NCBI GenBank assembly: GCA_035285585.1
Contig: JAYKGU010000213.1
Coordinates: 21,377-85,376 of the forward strand
Reading direction: 5' to 3'
Source: Synechococcales cyanobacterium
GTDB lineage: Bacteria > Cyanobacteriota > Cyanobacteriia > CAKZMO01
DNA: 64,000 nucleotides
Below, piece by piece: positions 21,494-31,635 of the stretch. The notes beneath the pieces are model-generated. The model did not search any database. It saw nothing but the letters and a program-made list of their open reading frames with translations, and was not told where the DNA came from. The translations under genes were made by a program, and so were the position numbers. The first letter of the stretch is position 1. Each line of letters opens with the position of its first letter.

Positions 21494-24226
21494 CTAAATC
21501 TGGTTGAGGCGATCGCGCAGAATATCTGCCTGCTTCTCAGCTTCCGCCAGGGCGTCCCTGGCCCCCTGAACAACCTCGTCAGGGGCTTTGTTGACGAAAC
21601 CGGGATTGTTGAGACGGCCCCGCAGGGAGGTCATTTCTCCCTCAACTTTTGCCAAGTCCTTCTCCAGCTTGGCCTTTAATGCCTGCACGTCTACCACGCC
21701 TGCCAGGGAAATCAGCACCTGCACCGTGCCGACGACGCCAGCAAACATTTTCTGCGGGGGAGCCTGTTCGGTAATCTCCAGCTCGCTGAGCTTGGCCAAG
21801 TCTTCGAGGTAGGTGCGCCCCACCCCCAGAATTTGCCGCTCTTGAGCGCTCTCGCTTTGCAGAATCGCCTTGATTTGAGCACTGGGCTTCACCCCCGCTT
21901 CGGCCCGGAGGTTGCGCAGGGTGCGAATAGCGCCAATGAGCAGGTCAAACTGCTGCTCCAGGTCGGCGTCGATCAGGGACGAATCGGCCACCGGGTAGGG
22001 CTGGAGAGCCAGGTAGTGGTCGTCATCCACCTGATTGAGGGTGTGCCAGATTTCCTCCGTAATGTGGGGCATGAACGGATGCAGGAGGGCGAGAATGCCA
22101 TTGAGGACGTGGGCCAGGGTTTGCTGGGCCACCCGCCGGGCGGGAGATTCTTCCCAGAGGCGGGACTTCACTAGCTCGATGTACCAGTCGCAGAAGTCAC
22201 CCCAGATGAAGTCGTAGAGGGTTTTTGCCGCTTCCCCCATGCCAAACTGGTCGAGGTCGTGGCACACCTGGTGGACGACCTGGTTGAAACGGGAGAGAAT
22301 CCAGCGATCGCTCAGTTCCAATTTCTCCAGGTCGGGCTGCCCCAGTTGGGCCGGGGTTTGCCCCCCCAGGTTCATCATCACAAAGCGGGCGGCGTTCCAG
22401 AGCTTATTGGTAAAGTTCCGAGATGCCTCCACCGAGGCAGACTCATCCGTCTCCCGGTTGTATTCCAGACGAATGTCCTGCCCGGCCCCGGCCACTTCCC
22501 GCACCAGGGTGTAGCGCAGGGCATCGGTGCCATACTTGGCGATCAGCAGCAGCGGGTCGATGCCGTTGTTGGCCGATTTAGACATTTTTTTATTGTTCTC
22601 GTCCCGCACCAGGCCGTGGATGTAAACCGTCTGGAAGGGCATCTGGCCAGTGAATTCCCCGGCCATCATGGTCATGCGGGCCACCCAGAAGAAAATGATG
22701 TCAAACCCGGTCACCAGGGTCGTCGTGGGGTAGTAGGTGGCCAGGTCCCTGGTTTGCTCAGGCCAGCCCATGGTGGAGAAAGGCCACAGGCCGGATGAGA
22801 ACCAGGTATCCAGTACATCGGGGTCGCGCACCAGCTCCACTGATTCGCCGAACTGCGATCGCGCCTCCTCCCACGCCTGCTCTTCAGACTTTGCCACGAA
22901 AAAGGGCGTTTCATCCGTAATGGTGCCGCCTGTCTCGTTGACCGCATACCAGGCGGGAATCTGGTGGCCCCACCAGAGCTGCCGGGAGATGCACCAGTCC
23001 TTTAAGCTCACTAGCCAGTCGCGATAGACCTTGGTCCAGCGTTCAGGGACGAACACGGGTTGGTTCTGGTTGTCCAAAAAGTCAAGGGCGCGATCGGCCA
23101 GAGGGCGAATTTTCACGAACCACTGGGTAGAGAGCAGCGGCTCCACGGGCACCTTACCCCGCTCGCTGTAGGGCACCGCATGGCGATGATCCTCCACTTT
23201 GACCAGGTTGCCCTCTGCCTTGAGCCGCTCCACCAGGTTCTTGCGGGCCTCAAAGCGATCCTGTCCGGCAAAGTCACCAGCATTCTCGTTAAGGCTGCCG
23301 TCTTTGTTCATTACGTTGATAAACGGCAGCTTGTGGCGCTGCCCCATCTCGAAGTCGTTGGGGTCGTGGGCAGGTGTCACCTTGACGCAGCCCGTGCCAA
23401 AGCTGGGATCGACATGGTCATCGGCAATGATGGGAATCTCCCGCTCCATAATGGGCAGCTTCAGGGTTTTGCCCACCAGCGCCTGGTAGCGATCGTCGTT
23501 GGGATTGACCGCCACCGCCGTGTCGCCCAGCATGGTTTCGGGGCGGGTGGTGGCCACTTCCACAAAGCCTGAACCATCCGTCAGAGGATAGCGGAGATGC
23601 CAGAGGTGGCCGTCTACTTCCCGGCTGTCTACCTCCAGATCGGACACCGCAGACTGGCTGGCGGGGCACCAGTTCACCAGGTATTGCCCCCGATAAATCA
23701 GACCATCGTTGTAGAGCCGCAGGAAAGCCTCCATCACCGCCGCCGACAGGCCCTCATCCAGGGTGAAGCGCTCCCGGCTCCAGTCCACCGAGACGCCCAG
23801 GCGGCGCAACTGGCCGACGATGGTGCCCCCCGATTCCTCCTTCCACTCCCAGGCCCGCTCCAGATAAGCCTCCCGGCCCACATCCAGGCGGGTTTTGCCC
23901 TGGGCACGCAGCTCCCGATCGAGAATCGTGCTCACGGCGATACTGGCATGGTCGGTGCCCGGCAGCCACAGGGTGTTGCGTCCCGCCATGCGGTGGTAGC
24001 GCACCAGCACGTCGATCAGGGTGTTTTCGAAGGCGTGCCCCATGTGCAGGCTGCCGGTGACGTTGGGGGGCGGAATCACAACGCAATAGGGATCGCCCTC
24101 CTGGTCAGGGTCGGCTTTGAAAATTTCGTTTTGCTCCCAGAGGGTCTGCCATTTCTGTTCGCTGGCAGAGGGGTCATACTGGCTGGGCAAGGTTGGCGGC
24201 GTTGCAGTCATGGGGCGCTTTGGCAA
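21494..24226 (-). CDS. valS: Valine--tRNA ligase
   Basis: 910 aa. Class I motifs [14 protein letters not shown] and KMSKS. The editing-domain region and a C-terminal coiled coil are typical of ValRS. Confidence 0.93.
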   Translation of the reverse strand: MPKRPMTATPPTLPSQYDPSASEQKWQTLWEQNEIFKADPDQEGDPYCVVIPPPNVTGSLHMGHAFENTLIDVLVRYHRMAGRNTLWLPGTDHASIAVSTILDRELRAQGKTRLDVGREAYLERAWEWKEESGGTIVGQLRRLGVSVDWSRERFTLDEGLSAAVMEAFLRLYNDGLIYRGQYLVNWCPASQSAVSDLEVDSREVDGHLWHLRYPLTDGSGFVEVATTRPETMLGDTAVAVNPNDDRYQALVGKTLKLPIMEREIPIIADDHVDPSFGTGCVKVTPAHDPNDFEMGQRHKLPFINVMNKDGSLNENAGDFAGQDRFEARKNLVERLKAEGNLVKVEDHRHAVPYSERGKVPVEPLLSTQWFVKIRPLADRALDFLDNQNQPVFVPERWTKVYRDWLVSLKDWCISRQLWWGHQIPAWYAVNETGGTITDETPFFVAKSEEQAWEEARSQFGESVELVRDPDVLDTWFSSGLWPFSTMGWPEQTRDLATYYPTTTLVTGFDIIFFWVARMTMMAGEFTGQMPFQTVYIHGLVRDENNKKMSKSANNGIDPLLLIAKYGTDALRYTLVREVAGAGQDIRLEYNRETDESASVEASRNFTNKLWNAARFVMMNLGGQTPAQLGQPDLEKLELSDRWILSRFNQVVHQVCHDLDQFGMGEAAKTLYDFIWGDFCDWYIELVKSRLWEESPARRVAQQTLAHVLNGILALLHPFMPHITEEIWHTLNQVDDDHYLALQPYPVADSSLIDADLEQQFDLLIGAIRTLRNLRAEAGVKPSAQIKAILQSESAQERQILGVGRTYLEDLAKLSELEITEQAPPQKMFAGVVGTVQVLISLAGVVDVQALKAKLEKDLAKVEGEMTSLRGRLNNPGFVNKAPDEVVQGARDALAEAEKQADILRDRLNQI

Positions 24227-24314
24227 ACAAACTTGTGAAGTCGCTTAAATACTACTTCATCTTTAGAGGCAATGTCTGTACCGCTCTCGAATTAGGAATG
24301 TCCGTGGGCGATCG

Positions 24315-25397
24315 CTAGCTATTTTCCACCAGCCCCAGGGCGATCGCCCCCAAAATCACCAAGCCAAACCCTAGCCGGTACCAGACGAACACCCAGGTGT
24401 TGTGGTTTTGCAGGTAGCGCAGCAGCCAGGCGATCGCCCCATAGGAAGACGCCGCCGAAGCAATCAGGCCAGCCACCAGGGGAACCACGCCGATATTACC
24501 AAACCCCGTTTCCAGCAATCCCTTCAACTCCACCAGACCTGCAATGGTAATGGCGGGGATGCCCAACAGAAAGGAGAATCGCGCCGCCGTGGCCCGCTCC
24601 AGCCCCATGAACAGGCCAGCGGTGAGGGTAGAGCCAGAGCGGGAAACGCCGGGGATCAGGGCCAGGGCCTGGGCGAACCCCATCCAGACGCCGTCGCGGG
24701 TGTCCAGCTTTTCCAGGGTGCGCTGGCGGCGGCCCACCTGTTCAGCCAGGGCCAGCAGCAGGGACATGGCGATGGAGGCAATGGCGATCGCCGCCATACT
24801 GCGCAGGGGCGAGTTGTCCAGATCGGGAATGAAGACCTTCATCATCAGCCCCAGGATGACGATGGGAATCGTCCCCAGAATGATGCCTAGCCCAATGCGA
24901 AAGTCCTGAGACTGGTAGTTGGATTCGCGCACTGCCTGCACCATCCCCGTGACCACCTGGCGCAATTTGCTCCAGAAGTCCCCCTGAGACTGGTAGTTGG
25001 ATTCGCGCACTGCCTGCACCGTCCTCATGACCACCTGGCGTATCGCCCGAAACATTCCCGTCACCACCTGGCGCAGGTCGCTCCAGAAATACCAGAGAAT
25101 GGCGGCGATGCTGCCCAACTGGATGATGGCGGTAAACGCCACCCCCGGATCGCCCCAGCCCAGGGCTACAGGCACCGCTTTGATGTGGGCGGTGCTGCTG
25201 ATGGGCAGAAACTCCGTCAGCCCCTGTACGATGCCCAGCACGATGGACTGGAAAGTGTTGAGGGAGGTGGTGACGCTATCGGGGTCTACCTCTACCTCGG
25301 CGGCAGTCGTTGCCAACCAGGCCCAACTCTGACTCCAGCCCATGGAATAGCCAGACGCCATTAGCGTATCCAGTTTTACATCCAGAAAATTAACCAC
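24315..25397 (-). CDS. uppP: Undecaprenyl-diphosphate phosphatase (UppP/BacA) with an in-frame internal duplication
   Basis: GIVQGLTEFLPISSTAHI, PGVSRSGSTL and a multi-TM profile. 360 aa, versus the ~270 aa typical of the family. The excess comes from an N-terminal extension plus a repeated loop segment. Confidence 0.85.
   Translation of the reverse strand: MVNFLDVKLDTLMASGYSMGWSQSWAWLATTAAEVEVDPDSVTTSLNTFQSIVLGIVQGLTEFLPISSTAHIKAVPVALGWGDPGVAFTAIIQLGSIAAILWYFWSDLRQVVTGMFRAIRQVVMRTVQAVRESNYQSQGDFWSKLRQVVTGMVQAVRESNYQSQDFRIGLGIILGTIPIVILGLMMKVFIPDLDNSPLRSMAAIAIASIAMSLLLALAEQVGRRQRTLEKLDTRDGVWMGFAQALALIPGVSRSGSTLTAGLFMGLERATAARFSFLLGIPAITIAGLVELKGLLETGFGNIGVVPLVAGLIASAASSYGAIAWLLRYLQNHNTWVFVWYRLGFGLVILGAIALGLVENS
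24906..25075. repeat. Intragenic tandem duplication inside uppP
   Basis: An identical 37-mer, ctgagactggtagttggattcgcgcactgcctgcacc, lies at 24906-24942 and 24984-25020 (period 78 bp = 26 codons). There are also three copies of the g(a/t)caccacctggcg motif, at about 24951, 25029 and 25062. Confidence 0.9.
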
Positions 25398-25500
25398 AGC
25401 CCTCGCTCCGCTTAGTTAGCCATCGCCATTGCTGACCTAGCTTAATGGGCTAATTTTCGGTTCGGCAAGATGCGGGCGATCGCTTCAGTAAAGTTTCATA

Positions 25501-26322
25501 ATGAAAATCTGCGCTAGAATACCCCCCAGGGGGATAACTCCCTGCCGCCCGATATCGCTGGGCTGTGATAATGTAAAGAAAGTTGAACTTAGGTCTCATA
25601 ATCCGTTGTCTTTTACCTCCCCCCCACCTGAGCACTACCCAGTCGCCATTACCAAGAAGCTTATCCTGGACAGCTTTAGCATCTCAGTTCCCCAGACTGG
25701 GCTGTTTTTTGCTGCTGCGGCTTTTCTAGTTTCCGTTCCCGTCTTTTTTCAGGCTCCCCTTGTTCGTGCCCTGCCGTGGATCAGCCTGGACGGTACCCTG
25801 GTGTGGTTGGGGGTAGCCCTGCTGCTGCTGTCGCGACCCGCCACCGCCCGTTGGGGCGATCTTCTCATCGGGTTTACCTGGACCTGGCTGGCTGGCTCGA
25901 TTTACTGGGGGTGGCTGCGGTGGGAGCCGCTGCTGCATCTGCCCGTGGAGGCCATCGGGCTGCCAATCGTCATCTGGTGCTTGATGCGGGGGTATGGCAA
26001 AATTGGTGCCTGGTTCTACCTGGGATCGCTGTTTGGCACAGCCGTAACTGATTTATATTGCTACGTCGTGCGTCTGATTCCCTACTGGCGACAGGTTATG
26101 CAGGTTGACCTGTCAGAAGCGGGCATCATTTTGAAGGCTGCTCTGGCGGAAATCTGGTCCCTGTGGGGCGTTGCCTGTGCCGGTCTTTTGGTGCTTCTGC
26201 TTCTTTGGGTTGGTTCTTTGCCCCTGCGATCGCAACATGTTCACCACTGGGCATTTTCTGGCGCTGTTTTGAGTGCAATTTTAGTCGATGGGCTATTTAT
26301 TATCGCTGCAGCTATCGCCTGA
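25501..26322 (+). CDS. Multi-pass membrane protein, function unknown (start uncertain)
   Basis: The ORF has about 6 hydrophobic segments. The first ~35 residues look non-coding-like, and TTG 25606 is a possible true start. Confidence 0.55.
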   Translation: MKICARIPPRGITPCRPISLGCDNVKKVELRSHNPLSFTSPPPEHYPVAITKKLILDSFSISVPQTGLFFAAAAFLVSVPVFFQAPLVRALPWISLDGTLVWLGVALLLLSRPATARWGDLLIGFTWTWLAGSIYWGWLRWEPLLHLPVEAIGLPIVIWCLMRGYGKIGAWFYLGSLFGTAVTDLYCYVVRLIPYWRQVMQVDLSEAGIILKAALAEIWSLWGVACAGLLVLLLLWVGSLPLRSQHVHHWAFSGAVLSAILVDGLFIIAAAIA

Positions 26323-26575
26323 GTGCGACTATCGCCTGAGGAAGATATGATTGACATAGCTTCATCAGTCAAATCTAGCTAGAATCTTAGCGTCCTCTCC
26401 GGATTGATGAGTGCTGTGCCGCTCTAATATACTGAGTTGGTTTATTTGTGGGTCTAGAAATTCCTGGGGCATACACCCCCGGAAATCTACCGTGAGATTA
26501 TTAAGCCAGTCAGGATGCATCATGGTTTGGATAGGGACGTGCGGAAGATAGGGATGTCAGCGGTTTCTTAGGCCT

Positions 26576-27592
26576 GTGGAGAATTTACGGTCTGTTCCCC
26601 ACTTGATATTGCATACCGAGTCAGGGAGACGCTACATCTCGCTGGCTGGCAGCAATTGTTGGACAATTGGGCGCGGTGACGATAACAACTTTGTACTGCC
26701 CGATCGCTGGATTTCTCGCAACCACGCCATGCTTCAGCGCATGGAGACGGGCGAGTTTTACCTCATCGACTTGGGCAGTCGCAATGGTTCCTTCGTAGAC
26801 GAGCGGCGGGTGACGGTGCCCGTAACGCTGCAAAATGGCGATCGCCTCACCTTCGGCCAAACCGAGCTAGAGTTTTACTGCCCTGAGCCAGAATATCGCC
26901 CAGAGGTATCGAGCAATAACGGCGATGGCGACTCCCAGGATTTTACGGCCACCGCCATGCTGCATGTGCGCCGCTTCATTTCCGTGCTGGTGGTGGATAT
27001 CCGCAATTTCACGGGCATGACCCGCCAGCTCGATGAGAAAATTCTGTCAGAAACCATCGGCACCTGGTTCCGCTGTGCGGGCGACATTATCCGCGACTAC
27101 GGCAGTTGGGTCGACAAATACATCGGTGACGCCATCATGGCCGTGTGGATTCACGGAGCCGAAACCGTGAGTCAAGAGGAAATGATGGAAATTGCCCAGG
27201 CGCTCAGCGCCCTCCATAAAATGACCAGCCAGCTCCACGAGCAATATCCCCTACCGGCTCCGGTGCGGGTGGGGGCGGGGGTAAATACGGGCTACGCCAT
27301 GGTGGGCAACACGGGCACGGGCGATCGCCCCGACTACACGGCCCTGGGCGACACGGTGAACGCCGCGTTTCGGCTAGAGTCCTCCACCAAGCAAATTGGT
27401 ATGGACATCGCCTTTGGGGAAACTGCTTACCAATACCTGGTGGGCAACCCGCCCGTACACCCCCAGGCGACGGTGCTGTTCACCCCCCACACGGTTCACC
27501 TCAAGGGCTACGACGTGCCCACCAAAACCTTCGCAGGCACCTTTGCCGATTTAGATACCTTTATCGCCCTGGTGCAGAAGCAAAAATCCTAG
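26576..27592 (+). CDS. FHA-domain class III adenylate cyclase (Cya1-type architecture)
   Basis: N-terminal FHA domain (CWTIGRGDDNNFVLPDRWISRNHAML...YLIDLGSRNGSFV). C-terminal cyclase domain (VLVVDIRNFTG, GDAIMAVW, VGAGVNTGYAMVGNTG, ALGDTVNAAFRLES). GTG start. Confidence 0.85.
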   Translation: MENLRSVPHLILHTESGRRYISLAGSNCWTIGRGDDNNFVLPDRWISRNHAMLQRMETGEFYLIDLGSRNGSFVDERRVTVPVTLQNGDRLTFGQTELEFYCPEPEYRPEVSSNNGDGDSQDFTATAMLHVRRFISVLVVDIRNFTGMTRQLDEKILSETIGTWFRCAGDIIRDYGSWVDKYIGDAIMAVWIHGAETVSQEEMMEIAQALSALHKMTSQLHEQYPLPAPVRVGAGVNTGYAMVGNTGTGDRPDYTALGDTVNAAFRLESSTKQIGMDIAFGETAYQYLVGNPPVHPQATVLFTPHTVHLKGYDVPTKTFAGTFADLDTFIALVQKQKS

Positions 27593-27600
27593 CCCCAAGT

Positions 27601-27635
27601 CCAAAATCCAAAATCTAAAATCCAAAACTCAAAGA
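27601..27635. repeat. Heptanucleotide tandem repeat (CYAAAAY) x5
   Basis: ccaaaat ccaaaat ctaaaat ccaaaac tcaaaga, starting 9 nt after the cyclase stop codon. The same unit family occurs at 30391-30425. Confidence 0.85.
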
Positions 27636-27741
27636 TTCTCCGTTCAGTTTCCCCAATCAGCGCTATTCTAAACAATCAGAGCGAACCAATCGGGGGCATA
27701 CAGCGTCATTGGATTTTGCCTCGGAGAGTGGGTAAATAGTC

Positions 27742-29451
27742 ATGGGAGAATCACAGCTTGGTGCAAAACGCTGGCTGGCCAGGGGGCGGTGCCGGTTTGC
27801 TGGCATTGCGGTTAGCCTGCCGCTGATGGTTGGAGGTGGTGCAGTTGGGGCGATCGCCCCCCTGTTCACCATTGCATCCCCGGCCTTTGCTGCCCAGCTT
27901 ATCAACTGGTCTTTTGACCCCAGTACCCAGGAACTGCGCGTCCAGGTGCCAGGGGGGACTTCGCCCAATTATTTCATTCTGGCCCAGCCGCCGCGCATTG
28001 TGCTGGATCTGCCCAACACCCAGGTGGGTAACGTACCCGAGGTGCAAACCTATGCGGGAGCGGTGCGCCAGATTCGGGTGGGCCAGTTTCAGCCAGGGCT
28101 GACCCGCATTGTGATTGAACTCGACCCAGACGTGGTGTTTGCCGCCGAACAGGTGCAGCTCCAGCCCGCCGCCAATGCTCCCCAGGGAGAACAGTGGGTG
28201 CTACGTCCGCTATTGGTTGGCTCGTCGGCCAGTCCCTCACCTCCGACTGCCTCCCGACCGCCCGCGCCCCCGCCGCCTCCCCCTCCCACTGCCACAGTGC
28301 AGCCGCCCGATGAACCAGCGGCAGCCCCAGACGAGGAAGCGGACGAGCCATCTGACGAACCTCCGATCGCCAGCGCCCCCCCGGCTCCCTCCGAACTACC
28401 CGATTCAGAACCGGCGGCAGATCCGGAAGCGGCGGCGGATTTGCCCCCGCTAGAGCCAGGGGCATTAGAAATCCCCATTGACATTCCCCCGTCTTTACCC
28501 GACGTAGAAACTGCCAGGGAAGATCCGGCTGAGGCAGAACCGCCCGCTGCTGATCCGTCTGCGCCCGTGGTAGCCGCCGCCGATGGGTCGGGGGCAGAAC
28601 CCGCTGCTGGGGAAGCACCGCAACCCGCGCCCGCAGAGCTGGACTTGAATGACGAAGATGAGCCTCAAGCCACCGCATCCATAGAACTGGAGCCAGACGA
28701 GGTGGAGCCAGGTGAAGAGGAAGCTGGCGATCGCCCCCCTGAACCCACCGTTTCCCGTCCTCCTGCCGCCCCTCCTCCGGTCAATCCCCCGGTCGCTCGG
28801 CCTGAGACGACTGCTGTTGCCCCTTCCCCTCCGTCCACTCCACCTGCGCCGCCGCCCCGTCCTGAACCGCTCCCACCCCCCGCCGAGCCTGAGGTTGAAG
28901 TGGACGAGGAAACCTTATCCCTGCTGCCGCCCGCCACGCTGCCAGGGGATCGTTCCGTCCGGGTGGAAGTGCCTTCGTTGGAAACGGCGATCGCCGCCAG
29001 CGTGGCCTCCACCTCCCAAATTGCCGTTCAGGTGCCCGTGATTGAGTTTGGCCAGCCCCTGGTTGGGTTGGCATCGCCCCCGACCGTTGTCCCCACCCCG
29101 GATATTGTGGTGGCGTCGCGCCGCAATGCCCTGATTCCAGAAGGTACCGTGCTGAGCCTGCGCTACCCCCGTGAGGAAGCTTTGCGCCTCAATACCGGCA
29201 GTTCCCGCCAGGATGTGTTAGTGCTCATCCGTACGGTGCGCGATCGCGACGGCGAAATCATTGCTCCAGCAGGCACCCAGGTGATCGGGCGCTTTGAGGC
29301 GACGGCGGAGGGGGTGCGGTTTATCAGTCAGGCCCTGGCCCTGGCCGAACGCAATGTACCCATGGTGGGGCAGTCGGTGGAGGGGGTGGCCATTGTGCAG
29401 CCCAACCAGCAAATTGACCTGCGGCTGACGGAATCGGTGCGATCGCCCTAA
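27742..29451 (+). CDS. AMIN-domain protein with a long Pro/Ala/Glu-rich linker
   Basis: Signal/TM segment, then an AMIN-like domain (LINWSFDPSTQELRVQVPGG...PPRIVLDLPNTQVG...IRVGQFQPGLTRIVIELD). About 270 aa of low-complexity P/A/E sequence follow, then a ~150-aa C-terminal beta-rich domain. Confidence 0.65.
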   Translation: MGESQLGAKRWLARGRCRFAGIAVSLPLMVGGGAVGAIAPLFTIASPAFAAQLINWSFDPSTQELRVQVPGGTSPNYFILAQPPRIVLDLPNTQVGNVPEVQTYAGAVRQIRVGQFQPGLTRIVIELDPDVVFAAEQVQLQPAANAPQGEQWVLRPLLVGSSASPSPPTASRPPAPPPPPPPTATVQPPDEPAAAPDEEADEPSDEPPIASAPPAPSELPDSEPAADPEAAADLPPLEPGALEIPIDIPPSLPDVETAREDPAEAEPPAADPSAPVVAAADGSGAEPAAGEAPQPAPAELDLNDEDEPQATASIELEPDEVEPGEEEAGDRPPEPTVSRPPAAPPPVNPPVARPETTAVAPSPPSTPPAPPPRPEPLPPPAEPEVEVDEETLSLLPPATLPGDRSVRVEVPSLETAIAASVASTSQIAVQVPVIEFGQPLVGLASPPTVVPTPDIVVASRRNALIPEGTVLSLRYPREEALRLNTGSSRQDVLVLIRTVRDRDGEIIAPAGTQVIGRFEATAEGVRFISQALALAERNVPMVGQSVEGVAIVQPNQQIDLRLTESVRSP

Positions 29452-30233
29452 GCTCCCATCCCCGAATATTGCTTCAGCCCCCGCCGCCACAGCCAGCGAT
29501 TCAGCCCAAAGAAAATTGCCAGCCACACCAGCATGGTGATCAGTCCTCGGGGGACGTCCGTCGGCAGGCCCACCAGCAAACTGGCGGGAAAGTGAATCAG
29601 ATAGGGAAAGGGCAGCCACACCACCACGGCCTGCACCGCTGGGGGGAAAATTTCCAGGGGCGCAATCATCCCCGACAGAAACAGGTAGAGCAGGAACCAG
29701 AAGTCTTCGATGGCGCTGGCCCGCTCTGTCCAAAAGGCAAAGAGGGCGAAGGTGTACTGCAAGGTGAAGCGCAGGGCAAACGCCAGGGAAACCACCACCA
29801 GGGTCAGCAGCAGGTTGGGCAGGGACGGCAACCAGGCAACTTCGGGATAGAGGAGAAAAAAGCCCCCCAGGATGATGAACACAAAGGGCAACCGGGCAAA
29901 TCGCTCGGCAAAGTGGGAGGCGAAGTGGTGCCAGCCCGGATCGAGGGGCTGGAGCAGTTTGGGAGAGAGCTTACCTTCCACCACCTGCCGCTCAAACTCC
30001 CAGATCACCCAGATGACGTTGAACTGCCGCACCAGGAAGACAGCAATAAAGTAGCGAATGAACTCCATGGGCGACAGGGCAAACTGCCCCGTGGCGGCGG
30101 CCTGGGACCAGACCCCCATGAGAATCAGGGGCAGGCTACCCGACAGCACCCAGAACAGCAGCTCAGCCCGATACTCCACCATGTAGGCGTAGTAGACCGA
30201 GAGGAGGGTGCGGGCAATACGGAGAGAGCGCAT
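29448..30233 (-). CDS. ABC-2 type transporter permease
   Basis: 261 aa with six hydrophobic segments. It lies downstream of an ABC ATPase on the same strand. Confidence 0.65.
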   Translation of the reverse strand: MRSLRIARTLLSVYYAYMVEYRAELLFWVLSGSLPLILMGVWSQAAATGQFALSPMEFIRYFIAVFLVRQFNVIWVIWEFERQVVEGKLSPKLLQPLDPGWHHFASHFAERFARLPFVFIILGGFFLLYPEVAWLPSLPNLLLTLVVVSLAFALRFTLQYTFALFAFWTERASAIEDFWFLLYLFLSGMIAPLEIFPPAVQAVVVWLPFPYLIHFPASLLVGLPTDVPRGLITMLVWLAIFFGLNRWLWRRGLKQYSGMGA

Positions 30234-30373
30234 AGGGAGGAGGGAAGAGGGAGGAGGGAGGAGGGAGGAGGGAGGAGGGAGGAGGGAGGAGGGAGGAGGG
30301 AGGAGGGAGGAGGGAAGAATGAAGAACGAGGAGGCAGGAGGCAGGAGGCAGGAGGCAGGAGGCAGGAGGAAAC
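30234..30373. repeat. Heptanucleotide tandem array: (AGGGARG) x12, two degenerate units, then (AGGCAGG) x5
   Basis: Read directly from the sequence. The array starts at the base adjacent to the permease start codon (cat at 30231-30233) and fills most of the ATPase-permease intercistronic gap. Confidence 0.95.
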
Positions 30374-30390
30374 TTGGGGAGTTCTCCCAA

Positions 30391-30425
30391 TCTAAAATCC
30401 AAAATCCAAAATCTAAAATCTAAAA
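30391..30425. repeat. Heptanucleotide tandem repeat (YAAAATC) x5
   Basis: taaaatc caaaatc caaaatc taaaatc taaaatc, directly 3' of the ABC ATPase stop (30430-30432). Confidence 0.9.
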
Positions 30426-30429
30426 TCCC

Positions 30430-31425
30430 TCAAGTTTCCCCAACCTGGGCCATGCCCGTTTGAAAGACTCGGCCAATGACTTCCTCCACGGGGGGATCGG
30501 TGACGGTCAGGTCGATCACCTTGAGGTCGGCCAGGATACGGGCGATCGCCCCCGTCAGCTCATCCCGCCGCACGATGAAGCGGGCGATGCAGCCCTCCAG
30601 ACTTTCGATTTCGCCGTACTGGCTGAGGGCTTCCCGATCACAGTTACCCGCCAATTCCACGGTAACTTCCCGGTAGGGGGCAAAGCGCTCCAGCAGTTGG
30701 TCCAGGTTGCCGTCGTAGATCATCTGTCCCTGGTAGATGAGCAGGACACGATCGCACAGGGCCGTAATGTCCGCCATGTAGTGGCTGGTGAGTAGCACGG
30801 TGGCCTGGTAGCGCTGGTTGTATTCCTTCAAAAAATTGCGCACGCTTACCTGGGCGTTGACGTCCAGCCCCAGAGTCGGCTCGTCCAAAAAGAGCACCTG
30901 GGGTCGGTGGATCAGGGCGGCCAGCAGCTCCGCCTTCATCCGTTCCCCCAGGGAGAGTTTGCGCACGGGCTGAGTGAGCTTTGACTCCAGGGTGAGCATT
31001 TCCGTGAGTTCGCTGACCCGGTAGCGGAATTCTTTATCGGGGATGCCGTAGATGGCAGCGTTGATGCGTAGGGAATCGAGGGTGGGCAGATCCCAGATGA
31101 GCTGCTGCTTCTGGCCCATGACCAGGGTAATGGTTTGCAGGAATTCGGGCGATCGCTGGAAAGGCACATATCCTGCCACCCGCACCTGCCCCCCGGAGGG
31201 ATGCACTAGCCCGGTGAGCATCTTCAGGGTGGTGGTTTTTCCGGCCCCGTTTGGCCCCAGAAAACCGACAACCTCGCCGTGATCAATCTCGAAGGACACC
31301 GATCGCACGGCTTCCACCAGGCGGTAGGTGCGGCGGAAGAAGTGGGTAAGGGTGCCTTTGAGGCCCGGTTGCTTGACGGCAACGGGGTAGGCTTTGCTGA
31401 GGTCGCTGACCGAAATCATGGACAT
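30430..31425 (-). CDS. ABC transporter ATP-binding protein (partner of the ABC-2 permease)
   Basis: Walker A GPNGAGKTT, signature LSLGERMK and Walker B VLFLDEPTLGLD. I place the start at Met51 of the long ORF (MSMISVSDLSKAY, 31425), because the upstream 50 codons look non-coding. Confidence 0.85.
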   Translation of the reverse strand: MSMISVSDLSKAYPVAVKQPGLKGTLTHFFRRTYRLVEAVRSVSFEIDHGEVVGFLGPNGAGKTTTLKMLTGLVHPSGGQVRVAGYVPFQRSPEFLQTITLVMGQKQQLIWDLPTLDSLRINAAIYGIPDKEFRYRVSELTEMLTLESKLTQPVRKLSLGERMKAELLAALIHRPQVLFLDEPTLGLDVNAQVSVRNFLKEYNQRYQATVLLTSHYMADITALCDRVLLIYQGQMIYDGNLDQLLERFAPYREVTVELAGNCDREALSQYGEIESLEGCIARFIVRRDELTGAIARILADLKVIDLTVTDPPVEEVIGRVFQTGMAQVGET

Positions 31426-31635
31426 GGGTAGAAATCCTAAGGCACCAGGGCTAGTTTTATCGTAAGGGATCTGGCAGCGAACGAATGTCCTGCCGTCAGG
31501 CGAAACCGGCAGGGGCAGATAGACGTTTACACTGCGGATGCAAATTGATTTTTTCCCCGTAAAGGGTAAGGGCAAATGCCCTTTGCCCCTAAGGAACGTT
31601 GAATTTATTGGTTTCCCTTTCTGGGTTCGGCGGGA

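Noticed and set aside
26576-27592. Idea that the FHA-adenylate cyclase is the signalling input for the cNMP-like proteins of the export cluster
   Set aside because: It is separated from the cluster by three unrelated genes on mixed strands (the AMIN protein and the ABC-2 transporter), so there is no operon link. The cNMP-like domains also appear to lack the phosphate-clamping Arg. Proximity alone is not evidence.
29469-30395. 308-aa plus-strand ORF ending in REEGGGRREEGGG repeats
   Set aside because: It is antisense to the ABC-2 permease, and its C-terminus is simply the translation of the AGGGAGG heptamer array. The sequence is low-complexity and charged, and it has no start context.
30234-30425. 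Possible CRISPR array, considered because of regular short repeats (also at 62551-62697)
   Set aside because: The units are 7 nt, directly abutting, with no unique spacers. No cas genes are in the window. These are microsatellite-like tandem arrays, not CRISPR.
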